The notes below the pieces were generated by a model. That model was not told the origin of the DNA. It saw only the letters and a list, made by a program, of their open reading frames with translations, and searched no databases. Below are positions 48,397 through 59,562 of a stretch of DNA of 64,000 nt, piece after piece; positions within the stretch are counted from its first letter, which is position 1; each line of letters starts with the position of its first letter. Both the position numbers and the translations under genes were made by a program. Source of the stretch: an uncultured virus (IMG/VR IMGVR_UViG_3300024258_000017) (lineage: Duplodnaviria; Heunggongvirae; Uroviricota; Caudoviricetes); IMG/VR virus record IMGVR_UViG_3300024258_000017; one strand, written 5' to 3'.

Positions 48397-51300
48397 TGCA
48401 ATCGGTCCCAACTGCATTAGAAACTCTTATAACCGCAGAGAGACAACAGCCGGTATTCAAAGTATCGATTTATGATACACCGAAGACCGTTCCATCAAAA
48501 GGTTTTAATGTAGCGTTCTATACGCTCGAAAGCAATGACGATATGATAGCCGGTGATTGGTTCACAACACCAGCATCACCATTGTTACTAAGCTACCCCA
48601 GTGCTTCTGCCGATCTTTCCAATGTCATTGAGCCTGCCTCAGCCATGACTTTTGATTGGGGGATTGGTGGAAGCCCTGCCCCACTTACTAAATCCGATCT
48701 ATATGCCGTCAGGTGGTATGGAAAATTCTTTGCAAGATATAGCGGAGTCTATAAGTTCTACTTAGATTGTTCCCCGCATTCAAGAATTCGAATCAAGTTC
48801 GACGGATCATATCTAACGCTAAAAGATTCATCTGGGACAACAGTATCAACATGGGTGGATACAGCAAGCACAGTAGATACAAAAAAAGAATTGGTTGCAG
48901 ATACATCGTCATTAACAGCAGGGAATTGGTATGATATTCAAATTGAATTTTGGCAACCGAGGAAAAGAGTTTTTGAGAACATACCTACTTATATGTGTGT
49001 TAAATATAAAGAGCCTGATGCGACTACATCTTATGACGAGATTGGGAACGAGGACGGCGATTATAGCACGGGTGATTCCAGAGAGAATGTAGTCACGGAC
49101 TACCAATCAGATCATCTTATCAAGAAGGTCTTGTCTGCAGGAGTTGTTAATATAGCTAACTCATTTTTATCTCCAACGGTATTGACAAATGTTTTAAATG
49201 CCAGTGGTAAAAAAGAAATTGATCAAGCATCTGAATATCGAATCGATGTTCCCCTTCCGTTTGCCACAGAATTAAGTGCCGATGTATCAATTGGAGCAAG
49301 CACGATAGCAGTTGAAACCATAGAGAGTCTTGAGAATATCAGGGTCGGGAAAATAGGAAGTGATACATTTACATTCACCGGTGTTTCCGGTAGTACGCTG
49401 ACGGGTGTTTCTGGCGTAGGAAGTAACCACGACGAAGGGGATGTTGTTTACTTTTATCCTGCAAGTGAATATCCGTTTGATAAAAATGATAATACCTTTG
49501 GCGACATCAAACCTTTCCAACTTTGTGTATTGGAAATTGGATTCAAGAGTTTTCCAGATGCCTCCCCTGCGGATACCAGTTATTATACAAAACGTATAAC
49601 CGGATTTATCTCAAGGAACCCATCTATAAAAAGATCATCCAATGAAACAATCCTTACAATCTATATCACTGATTTTAGATCATTATTAATCAGAAAGTTC
49701 AATGAGAATTATCCTAATTATGCATCGTATTCATCTGCAGGATATTATACTGGGGAAATTCTCAATGAGCCAAACGGTATATCAAGACCACAGGCTTATG
49801 ATTATTGGAGGCTGTCTGATGCCGTAAGAGACATTATGATGAAAGCCAATATTGACCCAATATTATTCTATAGAAAGAAGAGGCATAATAGAACTGGTGG
49901 TGCAAATTATCTAACAGATTTTGGAGAATATTTAATCTGGTCTGATATCCAACTGGACGGACAAAACCAATATGGAAGCCCAACAGCAACAGATTCCGTT
50001 TCCCCAGATGAAAAATACAGGTGGTTCTTTGGTTATGGTGAAATATTATTAGACAGTCTTTCAAAATTGGCTAAGAATTTCAGCTATCACCTATCGTTCG
50101 ATGGCGAGGGAAGCCCCATATTTAAACCAATCAGCCTACCAACGGTTGATTATAGTATAAGTAATTCAGAGGTTGGTGATAATTATTTATCTAATCCTGA
50201 ATTCACTACTAATATAAATGGATACTTTTATACTCCATTAACAATGGAAAGGGTTGATTCATCTTCAGACCCCGGCTCTGCCTCACCCGGATCAGATTCG
50301 TGGTGTGGAAAATTTTCATATAGTGGCGATCAAGCAATATTACGGGCGCAGTTTTTAAATTTTCAAACCCCAGAGGTTCCTCAACAGTTTACCTTTTCAT
50401 TCTATGTACCAACTGGAAGCCCAGACATGGAGGTCGGTTTAGTCCATGCCCCAAGCGGAACCTATTATCCATGGATAGCACAATCTGGTGATCTGACAGT
50501 AAAAGATGCATGGGAAACAGTTGTTATTGTTTTCACTATGCACATAGAAGATATATTTAATTTCTTTGTAGGGCAAGGCATTGGCACATCTGCGTTATTC
50601 TATATAGACAAACTTGAACATATAGAGACGACAGGTTTGGTTTTCTCCGTGGCTGGCGGTGCGACACAAACAGATGGAACAAACCTCTTATCATACAGGG
50701 GAGCATACACATCATTAGTTAAGAATGCAGGGACCGCCACAATATTGCTTGCAAGTGTAGAGTTTATTGATTTCATAATATTATTCAACGCTCTAACTGG
50801 TGCAACAGGAACAACAGAAATAAAGATTGAATATAATGATTCAGGGTGGTTGCCAGTTACAGATATTGTTTGGAATGGTGTCGCTCTAAATGATGTTAGT
50901 GGAGTATTTGACCTAAGCCTTGACTCAAGTGATTATCCTTCAAATTGGTACTACTATCAGGGATTAAGCCCTGCATCTGGTTATAACCCAGCAATCATAT
51001 ATTTGAGTAGCCTATTTGCTTATAATACCTATGACATTAGAATCACCGTAACAGGTGGTGCTTTCGAATTTGGTGCAATATTATTATTTAGGGAATCGAT
51101 CAATAAGGCTGTATTAGAATTTAATACAAATGATCAGGTGTCAAAGATTCAGAGTATGGTACATGAGATTGAAGACACAAGGAATATCGTCACCGTTGTT
51201 GGTGCCGAACAGGGCAAGGTTGCCAATCAAGATAGTCAAGTTTTGAACCCTAATAATCCGGTGTATATCCATGTCTATTCAAAATCAATAGATGTAGATT

Positions 51301-53525
51301 CAATATATAAATATGGTGGGAACAGCTATGTTGGAACTGATCTTCCTGTCATCATTGAAAGTAACAGGATATATAACGCCGATAGAGCAGATCATATTTC
51401 TAAAAATACTCTCTTGGCATACCGTCAACCAATTATTAATCCGAGTTTTGAGGTGTTCGGTGATCCGAGGGCAGAGCCATTTGACCCTGTGACATTTAAA
51501 GATAATAAATATAACATCTCTCAGGCAGTGTGGTTAAAAGCTATTACCGAGTCGTTCACCAAGCAAAGAACATACATGACGACAATATCAACAGTTCTTT
51601 CTAAACCACCGGTGGCATCTTTCCAAGAAAAGCGTGAACCGGATTTGAATCTATTTAATAATGAACCAATAATAAATATTCAAGTCAAGTCTCAAGGTGG
51701 CAGGATTTGTGGTGGAGATGCTACTGTATCAACGAATGAAATAACCATAACAACCGATCCAGTGTGGGAAGATGATGTCTGGAATGGGTATAAGTTCTAT
51801 GATAATGACGGGGTAGAATTTGATATAGATGATACGGTTGGAAGCACAAAGAAATTAACCCTCTCTGGCGGACCAAGTGATGATGGGACCGGAGCCGTTG
51901 CCGGTGATTGGGCTGTATCATTTAATCCTCTCGATACGAATGCTTTGGGTGCGCCGTTAGAAATACATTTTGATCAAGTTGTTAATGGCAGGATTCAAAT
52001 ATACATATTAGATTCAACTAATCAAGCAATAGCCTTGGTCAACTCTGATAATGTCGGTGTAATTCATGAGTGGGGTCTTGGTAAAGTGTTTTATTGGAGT
52101 GGTGCAATTGATTATAATAGTCGCCCCGGGAAAACAGGCTATTATATAAATGAATTAACAACCATCTTCGAAGCCCCTGTAAAAATAATGATTGCCTTCC
52201 ATCCATCAAATGTTGACAATGATATTGTCTCAATAGATACAAATAATAGTGGTGATATTACTGTTAATGGAACAGTCTCTTTACAATCAACCTTGGGACC
52301 GGTTCAAATTTATCCAGTCACAGATGAAGACCCCCCACATATTAAAATAGATATTGAAGGTAATACAGATTATCAAATAGTAGAGCAAGGGACCATTGAT
52401 ACTATCGTTGCCTATACTGATGCGACCGGATTATTGAGAATCACTGTTAATGGGTTTACGTTTTCCGATGATGATTATAACGGATATCTTATTGGAATCT
52501 CAAGGATAGATGTAGATGAATTCTCTGGGATAGGAGAGCAGAAGCACTCACAAATATGGAGAATAGATGACACTATTGGTCCCGATATTATATTATGTTA
52601 TCCAGTTGGAGCAGGGGCAACTAATCGTCTCAACCCCCATGTAGATTCCTACATAGAAATTATAGGCGACGGTGGAGCGCACCCCAATAATGGAGTGTAT
52701 GAAAATACTATATATCCTCATTTTAAATCATCGGATAATCAGTTCCGTGGATTAAGATTAAAATTCAGTATCGAGAATTTATATGCCTCTCCACCCGCTA
52801 TTTACCATGATGATATAGTGGTGGGTGGGGCGCAACTAAGGGAAGCCAATTGTCTGTTTGGTAAAACTGGGTCTGATACAATATATTCTATCTTGGCAAA
52901 AACTGGCAATTATTTTAGAATGAGAGATGTAGTCAACAACAATGATGTGTTCATTCAATCCAACCCAAAGAAAGGTATCTTTCAAATGGGGTTCTCTGAT
53001 TTAATGGATACTTCTCTATTGCCTAATAGCATAACGAGGACGAGGGAGTATTTAATAAAGGCAAATTTAAAAGTATATAAGGTTTCTAAATATACTCATT
53101 ACTCTACAATCTCAGCACAGTTAGACGTTTATGCTTTCAATGAAAACTTTATCGACACCCAAGGGTTTGTCATGTTAGACGATTTCGAATTCTTCTTTAA
53201 GCCGGAGAACTACATATTTGGAGATGAAAGTACGCCCGGCGGTCCACAGCGTTTAGTCAATAATGAAGATACAGGATGGCTCTTCGTGTTCGAGTTCTTC
53301 TTTATTGATAGGCTTGGTAGGCTGTCAAGGAATACATATAACGGACCAACTGATCCCAATGAAGAAGAGGAACAGCATGGGTTCTACTATATAGTTGGAT
53401 GGCAACCAGAGATCGGTTCTCACAGAATTGCACACCATAAAGAATTAGGTCTTTCTGAACAATTCTTTGGTGATCTAAGGATGGCAAATATGTATCCGCA
53501 TTTTGGGTATTGGACTAACCTGTAA
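48396..53525 (+). CDS. large tail-tip/hub protein with PA14 and carbohydrate-binding-like domains
   Basis: PA14-like FDWGIGGSP..YAVRWYGKF..SGVYKFY..LTAGNWYDIQIEFWQ; NYLSNPEF CBM-like start; RNIVTVVG. Confidence 0.75.
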   Translation: MQSVPTALETLITAERQQPVFKVSIYDTPKTVPSKGFNVAFYTLESNDDMIAGDWFTTPASPLLLSYPSASADLSNVIEPASAMTFDWGIGGSPAPLTKSDLYAVRWYGKFFARYSGVYKFYLDCSPHSRIRIKFDGSYLTLKDSSGTTVSTWVDTASTVDTKKELVADTSSLTAGNWYDIQIEFWQPRKRVFENIPTYMCVKYKEPDATTSYDEIGNEDGDYSTGDSRENVVTDYQSDHLIKKVLSAGVVNIANSFLSPTVLTNVLNASGKKEIDQASEYRIDVPLPFATELSADVSIGASTIAVETIESLENIRVGKIGSDTFTFTGVSGSTLTGVSGVGSNHDEGDVVYFYPASEYPFDKNDNTFGDIKPFQLCVLEIGFKSFPDASPADTSYYTKRITGFISRNPSIKRSSNETILTIYITDFRSLLIRKFNENYPNYASYSSAGYYTGEILNEPNGISRPQAYDYWRLSDAVRDIMMKANIDPILFYRKKRHNRTGGANYLTDFGEYLIWSDIQLDGQNQYGSPTATDSVSPDEKYRWFFGYGEILLDSLSKLAKNFSYHLSFDGEGSPIFKPISLPTVDYSISNSEVGDNYLSNPEFTTNINGYFYTPLTMERVDSSSDPGSASPGSDSWCGKFSYSGDQAILRAQFLNFQTPEVPQQFTFSFYVPTGSPDMEVGLVHAPSGTYYPWIAQSGDLTVKDAWETVVIVFTMHIEDIFNFFVGQGIGTSALFYIDKLEHIETTGLVFSVAGGATQTDGTNLLSYRGAYTSLVKNAGTATILLASVEFIDFIILFNALTGATGTTEIKIEYNDSGWLPVTDIVWNGVALNDVSGVFDLSLDSSDYPSNWYYYQGLSPASGYNPAIIYLSSLFAYNTYDIRITVTGGAFEFGAILLFRESINKAVLEFNTNDQVSKIQSMVHEIEDTRNIVTVVGAEQGKVANQDSQVLNPNNPVYIHVYSKSIDVDSIYKYGGNSYVGTDLPVIIESNRIYNADRADHISKNTLLAYRQPIINPSFEVFGDPRAEPFDPVTFKDNKYNISQAVWLKAITESFTKQRTYMTTISTVLSKPPVASFQEKREPDLNLFNNEPIINIQVKSQGGRICGGDATVSTNEITITTDPVWEDDVWNGYKFYDNDGVEFDIDDTVGSTKKLTLSGGPSDDGTGAVAGDWAVSFNPLDTNALGAPLEIHFDQVVNGRIQIYILDSTNQAIALVNSDNVGVIHEWGLGKVFYWSGAIDYNSRPGKTGYYINELTTIFEAPVKIMIAFHPSNVDNDIVSIDTNNSGDITVNGTVSLQSTLGPVQIYPVTDEDPPHIKIDIEGNTDYQIVEQGTIDTIVAYTDATGLLRITVNGFTFSDDDYNGYLIGISRIDVDEFSGIGEQKHSQIWRIDDTIGPDIILCYPVGAGATNRLNPHVDSYIEIIGDGGAHPNNGVYENTIYPHFKSSDNQFRGLRLKFSIENLYASPPAIYHDDIVVGGAQLREANCLFGKTGSDTIYSILAKTGNYFRMRDVVNNNDVFIQSNPKKGIFQMGFSDLMDTSLLPNSITRTREYLIKANLKVYKVSKYTHYSTISAQLDVYAFNENFIDTQGFVMLDDFEFFFKPENYIFGDESTPGGPQRLVNNEDTGWLFVFEFFFIDRLGRLSRNTYNGPTDPNEEEEQHGFYYIVGWQPEIGSHRIAHHKELGLSEQFFGDLRMANMYPHFGYWTNL

Positions 53526-55363
53526 TGAAAAATGCATTACAAAATATAGATGCTCATATAAAAAGACGGCTTCGTCCTCCCAGACAATTAAATATTGCTA
53601 ATGATCACTCACACCCATTAATAATTCAAACACCTCAAAGTTTTAATCAGCCAGACTTGGCTATACAGTTTTCATCTATATATTTTTCAAGTCAAAGGAC
53701 TACCGTTGACTATGAAACTTCTGCGACAATTAATGCCAACGGAAATGTTTTAACATATAGTCACGAGGAAACTTCGAGGGCGGGTGATTATAATTTTGTT
53801 ACAGATCGATGGGAAGATGATGCCTCTCCTGCATGGACAATAGATGAATGGAAAGATCATTGGCTTTTAGCCAGTGGGAATTATTATAAGATCACGAGCA
53901 ACACTGCAGATGCCGTATATATAACAGTTGAGGGCAATGTTCCCCCAGAAAAAGGTAGTATAACCATTGTTCCGTTCAAGACCAATGAGTTCAAGGGAGC
54001 CTATCTACAGCCAGATACTTCAAAATCGCAACACAGGTTCACTATATTATCTAATACAGATACTACAATTACTATAAAAAAAGAGACAGTTCATAGTGCT
54101 GGTTCTGTTACAACTGGTGATGCGGGAGCGCCCTATGATACATTTAAAGACTCCTTCTTTGTATTGCCAGCCGGAGATGATGATTTTTTAATTGATTATT
54201 ATGTTGCGTTCACGTCTGGGGCGAATTCAGGCACCGCTAAAAAAATAACGGACTTTTCAGCTACGACGGGAACATTCGTAGTAGATGCTTTCGCCGGTGT
54301 AATTGCCATAAATGACAAGTATCAAATTGAATATGATATGAGATGGGTGTCTGCCGGTTCAACCTTTGTGATCGAAGGTTTCTATGTCCCGACTGAAGCT
54401 GATTTTGTGGGGGGGGCTGTTGTTTCTGAGGGAGAAGTCCACAGGAAAACAGTGCAGTTTGATCAGTGGGAGATAATAGATAATAATCTTGGTGATTATA
54501 TAAATGCTATTTATTCAGTCGAGGTGATGTCTGTAAAAAGTGGAGAGATATCTATACCGGTCCACTCTAAGAACAGTATTAAGATAAAGATAACTGAGGT
54601 TGATCTATCAAGCCCTGTTGTATTAGCTGATTCAGGGTTCAGACCGAACTTTAATTCATCGATTAGAGTTAATTATAAACAGAATGTCTGGTACAGGATA
54701 GATATCTATGTATATGCAGAGGACGGGAAGACGGGATTCAAATTAGGGGAAGAATTTAGACAGGCTTTTGATTATTTCAGACTACCTTCGCCGGGTGTTC
54801 CGGCTTCTCTCACAACAACCCCCGGCAAGAATCAAATGTTATTGACGTGGGAGCAGGATGAATCATATAAGACTGAGGTTTATTCCAGTACGGATGGAGT
54901 AAATTATACTTGGCTTGCAACTGTTGGGCGGGGAGAAAGCAGGTATGTTCATACTGGGTTAGTAACTTACGGAAAGTATTACTACAAACTGAAACACATG
55001 AATGATACTGGGGCTGTATCAGCCTTGACCTCTCAGGCAACGGGAACTGTGCTTCAACAAATAATACCACGGACTGTAACAGTCGATACAAAGATTACAT
55101 TGACAGATGAAGGTACAAGGATATTTGTTAATAGTGGTGTCGCAGAAACAATAACTATGCCAGAAAATACTACTGAAAATCTCCCAGTAGGATTTAGTTG
55201 TGAAGTTGTAATGATGGGGGCGGGTGACGTTGACTTTGCAGTAGAGGGTTCTGATAATTTAAATTCAGTTGGTGGCTTTACGACGATCAATGCTCAGTAT
55301 CAGATGGTTGAGGTATATAAACAGGCATCAGGTGAATGGTGGTTGTTCGGAGATTTAAAATAA
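53525..55363 (+). CDS. tail fibre/spike-associated protein with fibronectin type III domain
   Basis: PGVPASLTTTPG..MLLTW...YVHTGL....YYYKL. Confidence 0.7.
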   Translation: MKNALQNIDAHIKRRLRPPRQLNIANDHSHPLIIQTPQSFNQPDLAIQFSSIYFSSQRTTVDYETSATINANGNVLTYSHEETSRAGDYNFVTDRWEDDASPAWTIDEWKDHWLLASGNYYKITSNTADAVYITVEGNVPPEKGSITIVPFKTNEFKGAYLQPDTSKSQHRFTILSNTDTTITIKKETVHSAGSVTTGDAGAPYDTFKDSFFVLPAGDDDFLIDYYVAFTSGANSGTAKKITDFSATTGTFVVDAFAGVIAINDKYQIEYDMRWVSAGSTFVIEGFYVPTEADFVGGAVVSEGEVHRKTVQFDQWEIIDNNLGDYINAIYSVEVMSVKSGEISIPVHSKNSIKIKITEVDLSSPVVLADSGFRPNFNSSIRVNYKQNVWYRIDIYVYAEDGKTGFKLGEEFRQAFDYFRLPSPGVPASLTTTPGKNQMLLTWEQDESYKTEVYSSTDGVNYTWLATVGRGESRYVHTGLVTYGKYYYKLKHMNDTGAVSALTSQATGTVLQQIIPRTVTVDTKITLTDEGTRIFVNSGVAETITMPENTTENLPVGFSCEVVMMGAGDVDFAVEGSDNLNSVGGFTTINAQYQMVEVYKQASGEWWLFGDLK

Positions 55364-55705
55364 AACGACGTGAGAAAATAAACTATCTCCAACACACTTT
55401 CCTGTTTTCCAATACTTCGCTCTGAGTTTCCCTTTTTGACTCCCCGTAAATTCATTTAACCAAGCAACACGGTCCTTGTCTTCTCCCTTTGCAATCCTAC
55501 CGAAGTTGGTTTTCTTAAACACTGGATACCAAGCGTCCCATGCCACGACATGCACCTGTTTCGGGGTTACTTTTTCAACCTTCCAAGTCCTTCCAAAGTT
55601 AGTAATTGTTTCACCCTTCGTATAAATAAAGTCACCTTTTTTTACATTCGGGTCTATTGGTGCCAGAATAAGTCTGGTCGAATCCACGTTCATTAAGTTT
55701 TCCAT
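55355..55705 (-). CDS. hypothetical protein
   Basis: Last gene of leftward operon; AGGAG RBS. Confidence 0.6.
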   Translation of the reverse strand: MENLMNVDSTRLILAPIDPNVKKGDFIYTKGETITNFGRTWKVEKVTPKQVHVVAWDAWYPVFKKTNFGRIAKGEDKDRVAWLNEFTGSQKGKLRAKYWKTGKCVGDSLFSHVVLF

Positions 55706-56004
55706 TAATCAACTCCTTTTATAAATTCATCATCACGACTTACGTTCTTCTCCATCCAATCCCAATCAATATAGCTTTCCAACTGTTCTATATTGTCATA
55801 AACGGCAGAGCGTTTCACATTTTTTTTATTAATATAATGTTCAGTCCAATAAATTCTAACCCACCCGAGTTTTGAATTGTGTTCATACTTCTCTATGATT
55901 ATTTGCTCTCGTTTATTCTCGTCAACCGGCTTAAAGGTAATTATATTCCTTTGTGTACTCAGGGTCTTCAGTCGTTTCTCACGGGTATCGTATCTTAATT
56001 CCAT
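55705..56004 (-). CDS. hypothetical protein
   Basis: AAGGA RBS. Confidence 0.6.
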   Translation of the reverse strand: MELRYDTREKRLKTLSTQRNIITFKPVDENKREQIIIEKYEHNSKLGWVRIYWTEHYINKKNVKRSAVYDNIEQLESYIDWDWMEKNVSRDDEFIKGVD

Positions 56005-56017
56005 CTGGTCCTTTTAA

Positions 56018-56335
56018 TTAAAATTGATTAATATAGTGTACATGATAGTCTATTAGAATCCTATCAGGCTTACGAGGATCGCCACAGACAGCACGAATTA
56101 AGTATTTCGACACTTCACAGCACTGATCGGTGTTGGTTCCCCATTCAAAGGTGTATTCAAGCCCTTCAGTATAATAAATCCAGTCTTCACGGTCATCATA
56201 GTAATCTGTGTCATCGGGGATACCATACAGGTCTTCGACGTTCTCCATGTCTGAGTAACAATCGCAGTCAGATGTTGATAGGCAGGATGCAAAGATCAGG
56301 GCTATTATTAAAATTGTGTGTTTTATTTTATTCAT
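56018..56335 (-). CDS. putative lipoprotein
   Basis: MNKIKHTILIIALIFAS-C lipobox; acidic, Cys-rich. Confidence 0.6.
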   Translation of the reverse strand: MNKIKHTILIIALIFASCLSTSDCDCYSDMENVEDLYGIPDDTDYYDDREDWIYYTEGLEYTFEWGTNTDQCCEVSKYLIRAVCGDPRKPDRILIDYHVHYINQF

Positions 56336-56549
56336 TTCTTGGTGCCTTCCCAGACTTAATAATATCTGTTAATTCGTCTAATGCTTTTTCAACTTCATCA
56401 ATGGTATAGTTCATTGCGTCTCGATTAGAAAATTTATGAAAAATTATGGCATCCCTAACTTTTTGTTTAGCATGTTCATGATCCTTTGCATATAATTCGA
56501 CCACCAGTTTTCTCTTAAATATCTCGAAGTAAACGGCATATAATATCAT
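56328..56549 (-). CDS. hypothetical protein
   Basis: Overlapping operon ORF. Confidence 0.6.
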   Translation of the reverse strand: MILYAVYFEIFKRKLVVELYAKDHEHAKQKVRDAIIFHKFSNRDAMNYTIDEVEKALDELTDIIKSGKAPRNE

Positions 56550-57295
56550 TTGCGTTCTCCAATCAGTAGTTGACCGCCACTGTCTATAATCTTTTTAATT
56601 GACTTTGGATCGACGTGATCCTTAATTGCCTCATTCATGTGACAAATATTCTTTAAAAGGTTTACAAAAAATAATGCTGTCTCTTCCGTTGCTTCTATCT
56701 GCATTGCGTTGTGGTCAAAATTGTATTTATCACTTCTTGCCGGTCCCATCCCACACATAGCGTTTAACCAATCTATGTTGGTATTCTTTCCACTATCTGT
56801 TATTGTTTCATACTCTTTTACTATCTTTCCACTTCTGAATTTATAATCACGTTCCATTAATACCACCAAACATATCTGAATTCCCCAAGGATAATATTCA
56901 TTGGTACTTCTTTTCTTGGTTCCTCCACACCAACCACCTTTGTCTGAATCAGAATCCCACGAACCATTGGGAAGGAACTCACCGCTTTTATTTTTCCAGT
57001 AATCACAAGAGGTATCAATGAGATACCTTATGATAAGATTTTCACTGATTATTTCTCTACTGGTATATTCTGACATAACATCGTTGACTTTATCCGTCAA
57101 CCCTTTTATGGTATTACTACTGAAGTATCCATAATTCTTTGCCCTATTTGTCATAAGGTTTATTCCAGTAGCTATTATAGCTTTTGCTAAATATTTATCT
57201 ATTGTCGTGGTGAATTCACCTTCTGAGGTTACATTGATTGTATAACTATACAACTTTCCATAGACCTTGTGTGAAATAGTGGTTACTCTTGGCAT
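56546..57295 (-). CDS. hypothetical phage protein
   Basis: 249-aa ORF, AAGGA RBS. Confidence 0.7.
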   Translation of the reverse strand: MPRVTTISHKVYGKLYSYTINVTSEGEFTTTIDKYLAKAIIATGINLMTNRAKNYGYFSSNTIKGLTDKVNDVMSEYTSREIISENLIIRYLIDTSCDYWKNKSGEFLPNGSWDSDSDKGGWCGGTKKRSTNEYYPWGIQICLVVLMERDYKFRSGKIVKEYETITDSGKNTNIDWLNAMCGMGPARSDKYNFDHNAMQIEATEETALFFVNLLKNICHMNEAIKDHVDPKSIKKIIDSGGQLLIGERK

Positions 57296-57307
57296 TGTTT
57301 ATCCTTT

Positions 57308-57769
57308 TTAAAACATTGTGGACGTGACAATCTCTTCAGCACGTTCTTCGCTGATACCAATTTTCTCATTCATCTCTTTGCATATCATTAGTGCAGACTC
57401 ATAAGACCCGTGTGGGTAGACTGTCTCTTGGGTTACAAGATAACCGCTAACATTTTCTGTCGCAATTAAAATGCAGAATATCGTATCTTCTTTATCCCCA
57501 TCACAGCCACGTTGTAAGTTTTCCAATACAAAATAAGCCTGTTCATTATTATCCACTCCGATCATAGATGGTACTGAATCCATGGCTGTTACAATTGCAA
57601 GAAGTTCTAATTCCACACGGTTGATTGAGACTTTATCCAGTTTCCCTATATCGTCATAGTCTTCTTGCCAATTAATTTGACAGTCTGATAGTGACGAACT
57701 CAGCATTCCCCTTGCGATTAAACTGGCATGGTGGAATGTTATTGTGGATTTCTTTTTTTCGTCTGTCAT
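57308..57769 (-). CDS. hypothetical protein
   Basis: AAGGA RBS. Confidence 0.6.
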   Translation of the reverse strand: MTDEKKKSTITFHHASLIARGMLSSSLSDCQINWQEDYDDIGKLDKVSINRVELELLAIVTAMDSVPSMIGVDNNEQAYFVLENLQRGCDGDKEDTIFCILIATENVSGYLVTQETVYPHGSYESALMICKEMNEKIGISEERAEEIVTSTMF

Positions 57770-57777
57770 GATGTTCC

Positions 57778-58512
57778 TTATATGTTAATTACAATTATTG
57801 AACTTGAAACCATCGTCCCTGAAGTCTGAAAGGCTCCGCTCTTAGTCTGATAGACTGTTGCGTCCATGTCTTTCAGGAAGTCACGGAATTTCGTTTCCTT
57901 CCTGTTCTTTGAAAATGACCAGTGCAATGAAGCTATTGAAACCAATCGTCCACCCGGGCGGAGTCGTTCACACATGCGTAATATGTGATCGATGTCCTGA
58001 TTTTTGGCGAAAGGTGGATTGGCAATAACCCTATCGTAATAAAAATTAATTGGGTCTTTCATAAAGTTCCTGCCGACTAACTGTATGTTTTTTAGTTTAT
58101 TGAGGGCTACAATATTGACATCCATGAGTTCAGCAACGTGAACAACCACATCCTTATTGACCCGATGGATAGCATCTACAATGGCACCACGACCGGCAGA
58201 TGGTTCCAGTATGTGCATGTCAGGCTCTATCTCTGCCAGATTCACGATATGATCAGCAAGTTTAGGGGGAGTTTCAAAGAACTGAAACTCTTTTTTCAAA
58301 TCTACTTTCTCCCCTGCTTGCAGTTTAGTCAAGTAGGGTGTTGGGTCTTCAGAAAAAACAAAACCCTGAGTTCTGCCACCCTTCCATTTGCCACCGATAA
58401 TTTTCATGGCTTTTTTCACTTTTAAATAGATATCCCTATCCAATTGAATCGCCGGAAGATTTATGATCATCCCTGAAACGGAAAGGTTATTGATTGCTTC
58501 TTGATAGTTCAA
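57778..58512 (-). CDS. SAM-dependent (N6-adenine type) DNA methyltransferase
   Basis: FFETP, ILEPSAGRGAI, IANPPF. Confidence 0.85.
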   Translation of the reverse strand: MNYQEAINNLSVSGMIINLPAIQLDRDIYLKVKKAMKIIGGKWKGGRTQGFVFSEDPTPYLTKLQAGEKVDLKKEFQFFETPPKLADHIVNLAEIEPDMHILEPSAGRGAIVDAIHRVNKDVVVHVAELMDVNIVALNKLKNIQLVGRNFMKDPINFYYDRVIANPPFAKNQDIDHILRMCERLRPGGRLVSIASLHWSFSKNRKETKFRDFLKDMDATVYQTKSGAFQTSGTMVSSSIIVINI

Positions 58513-58523
58513 ATGCGTTACTC

Positions 58524-59075
58524 CTAATTAATGTCGTTTTTTGATATGTACTTTCCAATATCCCTGTCGGTATTGTTCTTAACGGTATCCCTGATCATCA
58601 TGTGCAGGGTTTCATCATCGATCCCCGTCTCTGTCAGATCAATCACTGACAGATCAGCACCCTCTAACAAGGCTTGGAATCTCTCTTCATATCCATCCTT
58701 CCATAGATTCTTAGTAATAACAAATACACCATAATCTGTTCTCACAGTATCAAGCCCCTCCGTTATTGGCGTTGGGTCTTCACCAAGGATGTTCTTAACT
58801 TTATTCATAGACCTCCGACCAGCAGAAACAGAGTTTCCTATGACAATAATCAGAGCCATAAAGTTCTCGTCCTCGTCCTTGCCCGATGTAATTTTCCCAC
58901 AATGAACACAGGTATAAACAACCTGTACCTCTCCAACTCTTTCCCCGTTGGTTTCAAAATTCACGGCATCTTTTTTGAATTTACTGATAGTCGTCTCAAT
59001 AAATAACTGCCCTCTACAGGGAACACAGATTAAACAGCTTTCATCGTAATCAAAAGTCGATTTCTCTTTTGTCAT
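58524..59075 (-). CDS. Zn-ribbon hypothetical protein
   Basis: CVPC...CVHCG. Confidence 0.55.
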   Translation of the reverse strand: MTKEKSTFDYDESCLICVPCRGQLFIETTISKFKKDAVNFETNGERVGEVQVVYTCVHCGKITSGKDEDENFMALIIVIGNSVSAGRRSMNKVKNILGEDPTPITEGLDTVRTDYGVFVITKNLWKDGYEERFQALLEGADLSVIDLTETGIDDETLHMMIRDTVKNNTDRDIGKYISKNDIN

Positions 59076-59562
59076 CTTGTTTCTTTTCCTTATATATATT
59101 TTTAAAATTAATGTCTAATAAATTTGGTTCCCATACTACGGGTAGTTTTGATTCCTGTTTTACAAAGCGCACGTTCTTTGCACCTTTCGGCAGAAACAAT
59201 GGTCGCATCAGAAAGTAACTATCGTTTAAAGTAATTTCATCCTTTTTTACTCGGATGATATTGCACCCTTCCAATGTCCTGACTGCATCATGCCACTGCC
59301 ATTCACGACCGCCTATGTCCCTACACATCTGTTCACGATGATAGTTTATCACTGAGAATCTTCTTTTCTCAGAAGCCAACTTTGGGATGTAATTCAATGC
59401 CTTGGCAGATAACTCACCTACTTTAATCAGTAACCTCAGATCAAACTTATCCATTGATAATAAATGAACGGCGACATCTTCATGCAGGAATATAGGGAAC
59501 TGAGAATAGTGTTCCCTCCTATTCTTGTACCCTAATTCAAGCGCCCTGTCTTTTTTGCTCAT
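59050..59562 (-). CDS. hypothetical (possible wHTH) protein
   Basis: Overlaps the recombinase stop. Confidence 0.55.
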   Translation of the reverse strand: MSKKDRALELGYKNRREHYSQFPIFLHEDVAVHLLSMDKFDLRLLIKVGELSAKALNYIPKLASEKRRFSVINYHREQMCRDIGGREWQWHDAVRTLEGCNIIRVKKDEITLNDSYFLMRPLFLPKGAKNVRFVKQESKLPVVWEPNLLDINFKNIYKEKKQDDKREIDF

